NCBI GenBank assembly: GCA_044440125.1
Contig: JBITAJ010000027.1
Coordinates: forward strand, 250,377-314,376
Length of the DNA stretch: 64,000 nucleotides
Direction: 5' to 3'
From: Sedimentisphaeraceae bacterium JB056
GTDB lineage: Bacteria; Planctomycetota; Phycisphaerae; Sedimentisphaerales; Sedimentisphaeraceae
Below are positions 1 through 10,311 of this stretch, one piece after another. The translations under genes were made by a program, and so were the position numbers. Positions within the stretch are counted from its first letter, which is position 1. Each line of letters opens with the position of its first letter. A model generated the notes under the pieces. The model did not search any database. It was not told where the DNA came from and saw only the letters and a list, made by a program, of their open reading frames with translations.

Positions 1-875
1 CTTATTACAGAGAAATCTTCGGGGATGCTGTAACCTTCTGCTTTAATTGCTCTTACAACACCTGCCGCAATCTGGTCGTCATAAGTGAATACGGCAGTGA
101 AATCATTGTTTTTACGCAAAAATTCCCTGAAATTCTCCTCAGAGTGGTTGTCTTCACAACTGCTTTCATCATAAAAGACGAGGTTGTCAGGTCTTGTGAT
201 ATTCATCTCGGTATATGCCCTGAGCATTCCAAAATATCTTTCACGTGAAAAGTGGGAGTCGTTTCCTACGTTTGATTTTGCAAGCTGGTATGTGGCGTAA
301 AGTATTTTGCGGTGGCCGTGCTCAAGCAGGTGTTTGGTTGCCAGGTATCCGCCCATAACGTTATCCACTAAAACTGACTTCACATTAGGCAGTGCGACAT
401 CATCAAGCAAGCTGACGATTTTCGTTCCATTCAATGAAATCTGGTGGATTTTCTCTATCGTTTCGTTTATTCCTTTTGACTTTATTATTATGCCTTCAAC
501 CCGCTTGCTGAGCATGAAATCGAGCTGTGCTATTTCCAGTTGCGGGTCCCATTGCGTCAGCCCGAGTATTATGCCGTAATGCTCTTTTTGGCTGTACTTC
601 TGGATGTATGTTACAAGTTCATCGATCTGAAATGAAAAGAAATTGGGTATTATAAGCCCGATCAGCTGGGAAGATTGATTTCTCAGTGCTTTTGCCGCAT
701 AGTTTGGTCTGTAGCCAATACGCTCAGCCTCTTCCAATACCTTGGCCTTTAGCTCAGGGCCAACCTTGCCGGCATCTCTCAGTGCTCTTGACACGGATGC
801 AGGAGATATGTTGAGGTTTCTGGCTATGTCAACAATCGTCGGCTGGTTCTTTTTCGTTTCTTCTTGTATCATCAT
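1..875 (-). CDS. LacI-family transcriptional regulator (3' end runs off the window)
   Basis: Manual minus-strand translation from 875 gives MMIQEETKKNQPTIVDIARNLNISPASVSRALRD...IGYRPNYAAKALRNQSSQLIGLIIPN, a LacI HTH plus hinge. It is absent from the ORF track because it has no stop in the window. Confidence 0.9.
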   Translation of the reverse strand, partial: MMIQEETKKNQPTIVDIARNLNISPASVSRALRDAGKVGPELKAKVLEEAERIGYRPNYAAKALRNQSSQLIGLIIPNFFSFQIDELVTYIQKYSQKEHYGIILGLTQWDPQLEIAQLDFMLSKRVEGIIIKSKGINETIEKIHQISLNGTKIVSLLDDVALPNVKSVLVDNVMGGYLATKHLLEHGHRKILYATYQLAKSNVGNDSHFSRERYFGMLRAYTEMNITRPDNLVFYDESSCEDNHSEENFREFLRKNNDFTAVFTYDDQIAAGVVRAIKAEGYSIPEDFSVI

Positions 876-908
876 TATAGGTAAATTCGGAACTTTTTGT
901 AAATAATC

Positions 909-1136
909 AGGTAAAACGTTCTCATATACCATAATATACTCTTTTTGAAAGATAGCAACCAAAAAATTACATATCCACGCTCAGGACAACGTTTACCCTT
1001 GCTTTATTGCTCTGAGGGCGGTTTTTGTCGATTTTTGTATAGTTTTATTTGTAGATATCAAAAAAAGAGGTAAAAAAAGAGAAAAAAAACTTGAAATATT
1101 CCTGTTTGAAGCGCATAATAAGGACAACGTTTGCCT
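909..1136 (+). promoter_or_regulatory. Sigma70-type promoter with three LacI-type operators
   Basis: TTGAAA (1091-1096), 17 bp, CATAAT (1114-1119). CG-centred pseudo-palindromes AGGTAAAACGTTCTCA (909), AGGACAACGTTTACCC (983) and AGGACAACGTTTGCCT (1121). Confidence 0.7.
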
Positions 1137-1299
1137 TGTCTTGTTTCGACAACACTGGCAGTCTTATCCGGATGGCTGTTTTTTGACTATTTTCAGGCAC
1201 ATTCAGACTTGGCTGACGTAAACAATAAAGGATGTTTACTTGCTTTAAAAAGTTCCCGCAAGGGTTGTGTGTTTTAAAATTTTCAGAAAGGATGGACCT

Positions 1300-3945
1300 A
1301 TGAAAAGAACGATTTTTGCCTTTATGGCGGTTCTGTGCGGAATGGCATTAGCCTTGGAACCAGTGGCTTTACGCCATATTCCGTTTGAAAACGATTTCGG
1401 TGGTGCGGCTCTGGTCGACGATGAGGGCAGTGTTGCCGGTGATATTCAATTAATATCCGGCGGTATGGTTGGTAACTGTTCAGAGTGGACCAACCCTACA
1501 GACCCAAGTCAGGGTGACAATCTTCAGTATTTAGGTGCGATAGGTGATGAAGGTACTGTAGCTATGTATCTTAAGGTTCCTTCGGCTTACAACTACATGA
1601 ATTTCTGGGATTGCGGCGCTGTTGCATGGAACTGGGAGGCGTATTGCGACTCAACAGGCCATGTTACAAGTAAAACAGGCGGTTATCCTGCGGCTCAGTT
1701 TGATATGGGTGCTACAGGGGATGTGCCTCTCAATACATGGTTCCATTATGCATGGAGCTGGAACAAGGCTACCGGTGAACAGAAAGTTTATATTGACGGC
1801 TCGCTTGTAGCAAGTGTTGTCAACGGCAACTGGGTAGATCCTGCGGCGAGATTCAATGTCGGCGGCGGAACTGGTAACTGGAAGTACAACGGCTTTATGG
1901 ATGAATTTTACATTTTCGATAAGGCTTTGAGTCAAGACGAACTTACAGCACTGACAACTAACAGTATGCTTGGCGTTCTTGCGGCTGATCCAGCGCCTTA
2001 TGCCGGCGAACTTGTTACGACATCATCTTTGGATCTGGCATGGACTGCACCGGCAAACGTTGCTTCTCCAACCTATGATGTTTATCTCAGTACTGATCCT
2101 AATCTGGCGGATTCATCAAGGAAAATCGCTTCAAATATCTCAGCAACGACTTATAACTATACTCTGCCGACCAATGGCGTTAAGTATTACTGGAAAGTCG
2201 ATGTGATTGACGGAGAGGATGTTTATTCAGGCGTTGAGTGGAGCTTTGATGCTCTTCTTGGCGAAACCAAGCCTATAGCTGTAGCGTATGTTCCATTCGA
2301 AGACAGCAAGTTTGACGGAGTTACATATCTTGATGATCAGGACGGCGTTGCCGGCAGCATTGACATTGTTTCAGAAGGCGGCGTTGCTAACATGGGCAGC
2401 TACGGCGACTGGAATAACCCAACGACTGCTACTGACGGTGATTCGCTTTATGCCGTTCATCCGGGACTTTCCGGTACGGTTGCAATGTGGGTTAAGTATG
2501 ATTATGCGGCCTTGGGAGTCTACGCAGTAATGTGGGATTCTTCAGTGACCGGTAATGACTGGAAAGCGTGGGCTTATATTGACAACAATATGAATGTACG
2601 TCTTAATGGTGCCGCGTGGCAGGCCAATTCAGGTTCGGCTTCTGATTTTACGCAGTGGAATCATGTAGCATGGACATGGGATTCTGACGGAATAACCGCT
2701 GATACGGCTCTGTTTATAAATGGTGTCGAGGTTAATCGCAGATCACAAAACTGGGATGATCATGCAGATGTCATGAGAATCGGCGGCGGCGGAGCGTGGT
2801 ATCCAAAATTCGCCGGCGGAATGGATGAGGCATACGTATTTGATATGGCTCTGACATCAGATGAAATTGCAGCAATGGTTAACGATGGTGACAAGATCGC
2901 CCGTAATCCTCATCCTGCAGCATCTTCAGCTTCTGCCCCAGCAAGAGGTATTCTCACATGGGATGCTCCTGCGGGAGTTGCAGCTCCAACCTACAATGTA
3001 TATTTCAGTACAGATTCAACGCTTTACAATTCGCTTGTCGGAAGTACCACAGATGCGAGCTTTGATGCTTCATCATTGATTGAAGCTGATACGAAGTATT
3101 ACTGGAGAGTCGATGTGGTTGACGGTGTTGATACTTATGAGGGTTACATCTGGAGCTTCACTTCAGGATACTCAGATGTCGATATCGATGTCAATGGTAT
3201 CGTTGATATGACTGACTATTCGGTTGTCGCAGACTACTGGATGGACAGTACCGTAACCGCTGAAGAGATCGAGATGATCATTGATGATTTCGAGTCTTAC
3301 GCGGCTAAGCCTGCAGATCCTAATGTGGCGGATGTATGGCTTCCAAGAGAGTCTTTTGCTTCTGATCAGTATGGCGTCAAGTCGATAGACGTAACGCCTG
3401 CAAATGATGGTCAGGCTTTGATGCTGACATATGATTTTACCGGTGTCAGCGGAAACAGTGATTGGGCTATAGCGGATTACAAATTACTGTTTGATGCTCC
3501 AATAAACTTGAGTGATTATGATTACTTCCAGCTCAAGTATAACTGTCATGAAGGTAACAGCAAGGAAGATCACCTGAGTGCCAAGTTCCTTTCAGGTCCT
3601 TCGGCTGATTTTGGCGATACTATTTATCCGGGACTGTTCCAGTATGATGGTTTTGCCGGTGGTGTCTCTACAGATGCAGCTCCAGGCTGGAATACGGTAA
3701 CCGTAGATATTTCAGGCAGGACAGACTTGACGGCTGTTGTCGGTATTGTTCTTGATGTATCAACATGGCCTGAGACTGAAGCACCGACATACGTTGGTGA
3801 AAGAGGAACCGGCGTTGTTGAGTTTGATGATATCAGAATCTTTACAGAAAAACAATGCTCTGGTGAACAGATCGCTGACTTTGACGGTGACTGCGAAGTT
3901 ACTGTTCTGGACCTTGAAGCACTTGCAGCAGAATGGCTTTATTGA
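1300..3945 (+). CDS. Secreted LamG-like/FN3-like tandem-domain protein with CBM-like domain and dockerin-like motifs
   Basis: Signal peptide MKRTIFAFMAVLCGMALA. Two LamG-like domains (WFHYAWSW...YIDG...MDEFYIFDKALS), each followed by a YYW(K/R)VD FN3-like segment. DIDVNG..D and DFDGDCEV..DL..LAAEWL motifs. Confidence 0.8.
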   Translation: MKRTIFAFMAVLCGMALALEPVALRHIPFENDFGGAALVDDEGSVAGDIQLISGGMVGNCSEWTNPTDPSQGDNLQYLGAIGDEGTVAMYLKVPSAYNYMNFWDCGAVAWNWEAYCDSTGHVTSKTGGYPAAQFDMGATGDVPLNTWFHYAWSWNKATGEQKVYIDGSLVASVVNGNWVDPAARFNVGGGTGNWKYNGFMDEFYIFDKALSQDELTALTTNSMLGVLAADPAPYAGELVTTSSLDLAWTAPANVASPTYDVYLSTDPNLADSSRKIASNISATTYNYTLPTNGVKYYWKVDVIDGEDVYSGVEWSFDALLGETKPIAVAYVPFEDSKFDGVTYLDDQDGVAGSIDIVSEGGVANMGSYGDWNNPTTATDGDSLYAVHPGLSGTVAMWVKYDYAALGVYAVMWDSSVTGNDWKAWAYIDNNMNVRLNGAAWQANSGSASDFTQWNHVAWTWDSDGITADTALFINGVEVNRRSQNWDDHADVMRIGGGGAWYPKFAGGMDEAYVFDMALTSDEIAAMVNDGDKIARNPHPAASSASAPARGILTWDAPAGVAAPTYNVYFSTDSTLYNSLVGSTTDASFDASSLIEADTKYYWRVDVVDGVDTYEGYIWSFTSGYSDVDIDVNGIVDMTDYSVVADYWMDSTVTAEEIEMIIDDFESYAAKPADPNVADVWLPRESFASDQYGVKSIDVTPANDGQALMLTYDFTGVSGNSDWAIADYKLLFDAPINLSDYDYFQLKYNCHEGNSKEDHLSAKFLSGPSADFGDTIYPGLFQYDGFAGGVSTDAAPGWNTVTVDISGRTDLTAVVGIVLDVSTWPETEAPTYVGERGTGVVEFDDIRIFTEKQCSGEQIADFDGDCEVTVLDLEALAAEWLY

Positions 3946-3968
3946 TAATATTAGTTAAATGATAAAAA

Positions 3969-4007
3969 ATGTTCCCGCTTCGGGTTCTCTTTCTGAGGCG
4001 GGAACAT
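3969..4007 (+). terminator. GC-rich intergenic hairpin (no U-tract) before prepilin gene
   Basis: ATGTTCCCGCTTCGG / CTGAGGCGGGAACAT inverted repeat. Confidence 0.55.
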
Positions 4008-4026
4008 ACCTAAAGGGTGGACGATT

Positions 4027-4860
4027 ATGAAAATTGAAAAGACTGCACAAAAAGGTTTTACTCTCATTGAATTGCTTGTGGTTATTTCTATTATAGCAGT
4101 GCTGATGTCTATAATGATGCCTGCTCTGGGCAAAGCCCGCGAAATGGCAAAGGCGAGTATCTGCAAGAATAATATGAAGCAGTTAGGTACTGCTACCGGT
4201 CTCTATTCGGTTGATTGCGAAGGCCGCCTGCCGGCAGCTTATCCATATGAGCCAGGTTACACAGGACATAAGGATGTTCCCAACGGCTGGACAATATGGT
4301 TTGCTGAAGATAATACGACAGTGACCAATGGACTTGGCGGTGCTCCGATAGGCAGCGGTTTTGGAATCGGAAAATATATTGACTTGCGACTTGTTCTTAA
4401 TGAAGTTCAAAACACAAAGTCTCCTGAAGACAGCAAGACCGTTCTGACATGTCCTTCCGTAAGCAAGCGTGAGATGGATTATTCTTTTCCAAGTCGAGTT
4501 TCTGTAGGTTATAACATTGAATTTGCTGAAATGAAGGCTTCGCAAACAAGAACTCCTTCTTCTAAAATTCTCTATGCTGATGCCAACTGGTATTGCTTCG
4601 ATCATGATCGCTTCCTGTATAGAGACAATCCGAGTGTACCTCACAACACTAAGTGGTATTCAACAAGGCAGCCTTATACCGTTGATGGTTCAAACACCGC
4701 AGGCAGCGAGCCATTGGAAGTTCTGCCAGGTCGTCATGGCGGTAAACTGAGTATTGCATTTGTTGATGGACACGCCGAAGATATCGACAAAGAGGATCTT
4801 ACACGTAATCTTGTTGATAACGGTATTCGTGAACACGGTTGGTGGGACGATCACGAATGA
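4027..4860 (+). CDS. Prepilin-type N-terminal cleavage/methylation protein with H-X9-DG motif (DUF1559-like)
   Basis: [35 protein letters not shown] at the N-terminus and [14 protein letters not shown] at the C-terminus. Confidence 0.92.
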   Translation: MKIEKTAQKGFTLIELLVVISIIAVLMSIMMPALGKAREMAKASICKNNMKQLGTATGLYSVDCEGRLPAAYPYEPGYTGHKDVPNGWTIWFAEDNTTVTNGLGGAPIGSGFGIGKYIDLRLVLNEVQNTKSPEDSKTVLTCPSVSKREMDYSFPSRVSVGYNIEFAEMKASQTRTPSSKILYADANWYCFDHDRFLYRDNPSVPHNTKWYSTRQPYTVDGSNTAGSEPLEVLPGRHGGKLSIAFVDGHAEDIDKEDLTRNLVDNGIREHGWWDDHE

Positions 4861-5002
4861 TCTTTTAGTTTTGAGGCAGGTTAGGTTGCTTAATTGATAG
4901 TGTGGCTGTAATAGGTAATATAATTGCATCTATAGACAAGCCTCTTGATTTTGGATATGACTTTTTTGCTTCAACTATGCAAAAGGTTGGAAGGGATTTT
5001 TT

Positions 5003-5971
5003 ATGCAATTGACAGGAACATTTCTTGATGAAATAACTCACGATATCCCATCGTCTAATTGGGGACCTAAAGAATGGGAAAAAGATTTTAAGGCAATGAA
5101 GAGTATCGGTATTGATACTGTTATCGTAATAAGGAATGGTTACAAAAACAAAACCACCTTTGACTCTAAAGTGGTCAATAACTTATGCGGTTCCACAATA
5201 CCTGTACCATTCGATCTGCTTGAAGTATTTCTTGATCAGGCAGAAGCCAATGATATGGATTTGTTTTTCGGAACTTATGACAGCGGTAATTACTGGATGC
5301 GAGGTGATTACCAGAAAGAAGTTGATATAAACAGGGCTTTTGTAGAGGAAGCTGTTTATAAGTACGGCATGAGGAGAGCCTTTAAGGGCTGGTATATAAG
5401 CCATGAGGTTGATACGTACAACCCCGCTGTAATGAAGGTTTATCGTCAGCTTGGCAAACACCTCAAAGATCTTAAGGATATGCCGATACTGATATCACCT
5501 TACATTCACGGTAAGAAGCAATTTGCTGAGAATCCTACTACTCTTGCAGATCATGAGAAGCAATGGGACAAGGTGTTTTCAGAGATACAGGATTGCGTTG
5601 ATATCGTGGCATTCCAGGATGGCAATGTCGATTTCAGTGAACTGCAAAGTTATCTTGAAGTCAATTCAAGACTGGCCGGCAAGTATGGGATTACGACCTG
5701 GACAAATGTTGAAACATTTGATCGCGATATGCCTTGGAAATTCCCGCCAATATCATGGCCGGCTTTACTGTACAAGATACAGCAGGCATCTGCTTCCGGT
5801 ACAGACAAACTTATAACATTTGAGTTTTCACATTTCATGAGTCCCAATTCAATATATAAGTCGGCAAGGAATCTGTTCGACAGATATGTTGAGTTCTTTG
5901 GGAATGACAGCAATGGTTTGGATTCAGTCTTGAGTACTGAAAAGAAGCTTGCTGATTTGGTTTCAATTTAA
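5003..5971 (+). CDS. DUF4434-family putative glycoside hydrolase (TIM barrel)
   Basis: LTGTFLDEITHDIP..NWG..EW..DF..MK..GIDTVI; GWYISHE; W.NVETFDRD; ITFEFSHFMSP. Confidence 0.75.
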   Translation: MQLTGTFLDEITHDIPSSNWGPKEWEKDFKAMKSIGIDTVIVIRNGYKNKTTFDSKVVNNLCGSTIPVPFDLLEVFLDQAEANDMDLFFGTYDSGNYWMRGDYQKEVDINRAFVEEAVYKYGMRRAFKGWYISHEVDTYNPAVMKVYRQLGKHLKDLKDMPILISPYIHGKKQFAENPTTLADHEKQWDKVFSEIQDCVDIVAFQDGNVDFSELQSYLEVNSRLAGKYGITTWTNVETFDRDMPWKFPPISWPALLYKIQQASASGTDKLITFEFSHFMSPNSIYKSARNLFDRYVEFFGNDSNGLDSVLSTEKKLADLVSI

Positions 5972-6032
5972 TTTAGCAAAGTAGAGTTACTTTTGTTATT
6001 CAATTAGTTTGGTTGTTAAATGAGGGTTTAAG

Positions 6033-8870
6033 ATGAAAAATGTTAAACACAGTATCGTTGCGTTTATATCTTTAGTATTGGTGGTATCGGTTTGGGCTTC
6101 TGATGAGGTGACGACTCCTTTTAACGGAGTTACCCGAATACACAGGACGCTTACGAGTCCAAGACCTTTGAATATTAATATAATAAGGGTTGATCTCAAT
6201 GCTGAGGGAGTTGGGTTTACAGTTACTACAAGCAATGGAAGTGCTTCGGGTGATGCTGATCCTATGGTTTGTACGGATTTTCTTACTCAGACAGATGCTC
6301 AGATTGCCATAAACTGCGGTTTCTACAATATGAGTTCTTATGATGTATTAGGCTTTGTCGCATCAAATGGAGATGTGTATTCTGATTTTGTTGATTATAA
6401 TCAATGGGAATACTGGCCTACTCCTTTTGTTGCCCTTAACCTTTCAAGGGAAAATGTTCCTACGATCATAACCCCGGGCGATACGATGCCGACGTACAAA
6501 ACCAATCCCGACATGAACCCATGGAATGCCGTACCGGGCAGTGAATGGATAGTTCGTGACGGTGTGGCTGTTGTTGATAATGGTTTTGCTGTTAATCCCG
6601 GGCTCAACCCAAGGACTGTCGGTGGATATACTCAGGATCTTTCAGAATTAGTATTGGTAACTATTGATGGTCGTCAGGATGGATTCAGTGAAGGAATGAC
6701 AACATTGGAAGCGGCAGAGCTTTTGGTTAGTCTTGGAGTGTATCAGGGTATGAATTTTGATGGCGGCGGTTCTACTACTATGGCTTTCGCTGATCCGAGT
6801 CCAAGAGTTGTGAATTCTCCTTCAGGCGGTACTCAACGCTCTGTAGCCAATCATCTTGCAATATATACCAATGGAGTGCCTGAGGTGCTTGATGCTCCTG
6901 TGGCTATAAAGCACTTGCCGTTTGAAAACGATTTTGCAGGTGCTGAGCTAATTGATGATGAGAGTGGTGTTGAGGGTGAGATACAGTTTGTTTCCGGCGG
7001 CAAAGTAGGCGGCTGTTCGCAGTGGACAAATCCTACAGGGCAGAGTCAGGGTGATAACCTTCGATATGACAGCGGCGTGCTGGAGCAGGGAACGATTGCT
7101 ATGTATGTTAATGTGCCGCAAGCTTATAACTATATGAATTTCTGGGATTGCGGTGCGGTGTTCTGGAATTGGGAAGCTTATTGCGATTCTACAGGTCACG
7201 TTACAAACAAGACAGGTGGATATCCCGCGGCTCAGTTTGATATGGGCAGTTCTGCGGATGCTCCTTTGGGTGACTGGTATCATTATGCGTGGACATGGGA
7301 TAAGGCCAGCGGTGCTCAGAAGGTTTATATTAATGGGCTGCTTGTGACGAATGTTACAAACACAAACTGGGTTGCTCCGGGCGGTCAATTCAATGTTGGC
7401 GGCGGTACAGGAAACTGGAAATTCAACGGACTTATGGATGAGTTTTATGTTTTTGACAAGCCTTTGACAGGTTCTCAGATAGAGAATCTCATAAATACTT
7501 CAGAGTCCGGTAAGGTTGCGTCCAATCCTTATCCATATGCAGGTGATGTTATTATTACCAATCAGATTACCTTAAGCTGGGATGCGCCGTCTAATATTGC
7601 TTCTCCAGTTTATGATGTCTATCTAAGTGATACTGAGGTTTTCGATCCATCAGATAAAATAGCTTCGGGTATCAGTACTTCAACTTTTGATGTCAATCTT
7701 ACAACTAATCAGGATTGTTACTGGAAAGTTGTTGCTTTTGACGGGGCTGAAAGTTATGAAAGTGTTGTATGGACATTCAATGCAGATATTGTTGAGCAGA
7801 AACCTGTTGCAGTTGCATATGTCCCGTTTGAGGATTCTAAGTTCGATGGCGTGACTTATATTGATGATCAGGACGGCGTTGCCGGCAGCATTGATATTGT
7901 TTCAGAGGGCGGAGTTGCTAATATGGGCAGCTATGGCGACTGGAATAACCCGACAACCGCTACTGACGGTGATTCGTTGTATGCCGCTCATCCGGGACTT
8001 TCCGGTACGATTGCCATGTGGGTTAAGTATGACTATGCGGCTCTGGAAGTATACGCTGTAATGTGGGATTCTTCTGTAAGCGGCAACGACTGGAAAACAT
8101 GGGCTTATATTGATAATAATATGAATGCACGTCTTAACGGCGTAGCGTGGCAGGCGAATTCGGGTTCTGCTTCTGATTTTACTCAGTGGAACCATGTTGC
8201 CTGGACATGGGATTCTGATGGTGCAACCGCAGATACCGCATTGTTCATAAATGGTGTTGAAGTCAACCGAAGATCACAGGACTGGGACGATCATGCCGAT
8301 GTCATGAGAATTGGCGGCGGCGGTGCATGGTATCCCAAATTTGCCGGCGGAATGGATGAAGCATATATATTTGATATGGCACTGACATCAGATGAAATTG
8401 CAGCAATGGTTACTGATGGTGACAAAATTGCCCGTAATCCTTATCCCGCAGTCAGTTCTGTTTCTGCACCAATTAACGGCGTTTTAGGCTGGGATGCTCC
8501 TGCCGGAATTACAAATCCAACTTACAATATTTATTTGAGTACTAACTCTACTCTTCATGAATCATTTGTCGGTTCGACAACATCTGAAAGCTTTGATGCT
8601 TCTGCTCTTATCGATGCGGACGCTAAATATTACTGGCGAGTTGATGTTGTAGATGGTGAGACAACCTATGCCGGTTATTTCTGGAACTTTACTGCAGGAT
8701 ACTCTAATGCAGATATCAATAATAACGGTATCGTGGCATTGGATGATTATTCTGTTCTTGCGAGGAACTGGCAGTCAAATGAGGCCCCATGTGAGGGTGA
8801 TATTGATGGTGATTGCTATGTCGGCATCGATGATTTGCAGCTTCTTGTTGAAGATTGGTTAAATAATTGA
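6033..8870 (+). CDS. Secreted phosphodiester glycosidase (NAGPA-like) with LamG/FN3 modules and dockerin
   Basis: Signal peptide. NAGPA-type motifs AINCGFY, NPRT, IDGRQ, NFDGGGSTT and VNSPS...RSVANHL. The C-terminal two-thirds is paralogous to 1300-3945 and ends in a two-repeat dockerin. Confidence 0.85.
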   Translation: MKNVKHSIVAFISLVLVVSVWASDEVTTPFNGVTRIHRTLTSPRPLNINIIRVDLNAEGVGFTVTTSNGSASGDADPMVCTDFLTQTDAQIAINCGFYNMSSYDVLGFVASNGDVYSDFVDYNQWEYWPTPFVALNLSRENVPTIITPGDTMPTYKTNPDMNPWNAVPGSEWIVRDGVAVVDNGFAVNPGLNPRTVGGYTQDLSELVLVTIDGRQDGFSEGMTTLEAAELLVSLGVYQGMNFDGGGSTTMAFADPSPRVVNSPSGGTQRSVANHLAIYTNGVPEVLDAPVAIKHLPFENDFAGAELIDDESGVEGEIQFVSGGKVGGCSQWTNPTGQSQGDNLRYDSGVLEQGTIAMYVNVPQAYNYMNFWDCGAVFWNWEAYCDSTGHVTNKTGGYPAAQFDMGSSADAPLGDWYHYAWTWDKASGAQKVYINGLLVTNVTNTNWVAPGGQFNVGGGTGNWKFNGLMDEFYVFDKPLTGSQIENLINTSESGKVASNPYPYAGDVIITNQITLSWDAPSNIASPVYDVYLSDTEVFDPSDKIASGISTSTFDVNLTTNQDCYWKVVAFDGAESYESVVWTFNADIVEQKPVAVAYVPFEDSKFDGVTYIDDQDGVAGSIDIVSEGGVANMGSYGDWNNPTTATDGDSLYAAHPGLSGTIAMWVKYDYAALEVYAVMWDSSVSGNDWKTWAYIDNNMNARLNGVAWQANSGSASDFTQWNHVAWTWDSDGATADTALFINGVEVNRRSQDWDDHADVMRIGGGGAWYPKFAGGMDEAYIFDMALTSDEIAAMVTDGDKIARNPYPAVSSVSAPINGVLGWDAPAGITNPTYNIYLSTNSTLHESFVGSTTSESFDASALIDADAKYYWRVDVVDGETTYAGYFWNFTAGYSNADINNNGIVALDDYSVLARNWQSNEAPCEGDIDGDCYVGIDDLQLLVEDWLNN

Positions 8871-8954
8871 TTTTAGTTTTGTTTCAATAAAACGGAACCC
8901 CTGAAACTTATTTTCGGTTGTACGATTAAAGTTTTCCGTTTTTGAAGGACTACA

Positions 8955-8987
8955 GTGCCGCAATTGGTATAATGCCGATTGCGGCAC
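8955..8987 (+). terminator. Intergenic hairpin
   Basis: GTGCCGCAATTGG / CCGATTGCGGCAC inverted repeat. Confidence 0.5.
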
Positions 8988-9129
8988 AGCTAAAATAAGA
9001 GAGAGCAATCGGTTTAGCGAGATCGTTAAATTTAATGTGTAGAATAAAAAATATTTGGAATTAGTTCTGTCTATACTATAATGAGTTTTACAGGTAACGC
9101 TTTTAATATAACCGATTTCAAGGATTACT

Positions 9130-10290
9130 ATGATAGAAAAGTATATTAATTTCTACAAAGAGAATCTTGCAAACTCTGTTATTCCTTTTTGGTTGAAAAA
9201 TTCACCTGACTGGGAGTTTGGAGGCCATTTTACTTGTCTTGAGGAAGATGGGAGTATTTATGATACAAGGAAGTATATCTGGTTGCAGGGGCGGTGTTTA
9301 TGGATGTTTTCCCGACTTTATTGCGATTTTGAAGAAAGAACGGAATTCTTTGATTTAGCCGCATCTACCGCAGATTTTATTGATAAATACGCATCCGATG
9401 AAAATGGGGACTACTATTTCAGTGTTACCAGAGAAGGCAAGCCTTTTGCCAGGCAGGTAGATCTTTACGGAAAAGTATTCTGCATGCTTGGGTATCTTGA
9501 GTATTCCAAAATAAGCGGAAGAAGTGCTTATTTCGACAAATCAAAAGCTCTCTTCAATGAGATAATAGATTCCGTCAAGAAAATAAGACAGGCAAAGGAC
9601 GGCGTCTGTTCGGGTGTACCGGCGATGAGTACTTTGTCGGATCAGATGGTGCTTGCGGATATGTCGATGGAGCTTTATGAAGTTGAAAATAAACAGGAGT
9701 ATCTGGATATAATGCAGGAAGTTCTTTCCAATATCCTTATGCATTATGTACCGGATAAAAATATTCTGCTTGAGAATATTTCACTCGATGGAACTGATAT
9801 TACCAAATGGCCTGAAGGCCGTTTCTGCAGTCCCGGTCATTCGGTAGAGGTGGCATGGTTTATTCTTCATTTACTTAAATTCATACCGGATAACTCTGTT
9901 AACGGGTTGGCTCATGATATAATCGAAGGAACACTTGAATATGGTTGGGACTGGGAATACGGCGGTTTATGCAATTCTATAGATATTGAAAATAAGTCGG
10001 ATATCCTGATTGAGTCATATACGAAATTGTGGTGGCCTCATGCAGAAGCAATTTATGCTGTGTTGTGTGCTTATAAGGAAGATGATGATCCAAAATGGCT
10101 TTACTGGTTGAAGAAACTCCATAATTATGTTGCAGATCATTTTATTGATGAAGAAGGCGGCGGGTGGTATGGTTTCTGTGACAGATATGGAAATCTGATC
10201 AATTCAGCAAAGGGAAGTCATTCAAAAGGCTTCTTTCATGTGCCGAGAATGCTGCTGTATTCATCTCAGCTGTTTGATGACAATTGTTAA
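9130..10290 (+). CDS. AGE-family (N-acylglucosamine 2-epimerase-like) epimerase
   Basis: VIPFW...D.E.GG; KYIWLQGR; PGHSVEVAWF; GWDWEYGG; KLWWPHAEA; KGFFHVPR. Confidence 0.9.
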   Translation: MIEKYINFYKENLANSVIPFWLKNSPDWEFGGHFTCLEEDGSIYDTRKYIWLQGRCLWMFSRLYCDFEERTEFFDLAASTADFIDKYASDENGDYYFSVTREGKPFARQVDLYGKVFCMLGYLEYSKISGRSAYFDKSKALFNEIIDSVKKIRQAKDGVCSGVPAMSTLSDQMVLADMSMELYEVENKQEYLDIMQEVLSNILMHYVPDKNILLENISLDGTDITKWPEGRFCSPGHSVEVAWFILHLLKFIPDNSVNGLAHDIIEGTLEYGWDWEYGGLCNSIDIENKSDILIESYTKLWWPHAEAIYAVLCAYKEDDDPKWLYWLKKLHNYVADHFIDEEGGGWYGFCDRYGNLINSAKGSHSKGFFHVPRMLLYSSQLFDDNC

Positions 10291-10311
10291 CTTAAAATTT
10301 TAAGGTTTGTA

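Noticed and set aside
307..579. Plus-strand 90-aa ORF and the many other short overlapping ORFs in the track
   Set aside because: They are antisense or alternative-frame shadows of well-supported genes (here the LacI).
2270..8440. Near-identical LamG segments as a DGR template/variable repeat pair
   Set aside because: Both copies are coding, the differences look mostly synonymous rather than adenine-specific, and no reverse transcriptase is present.
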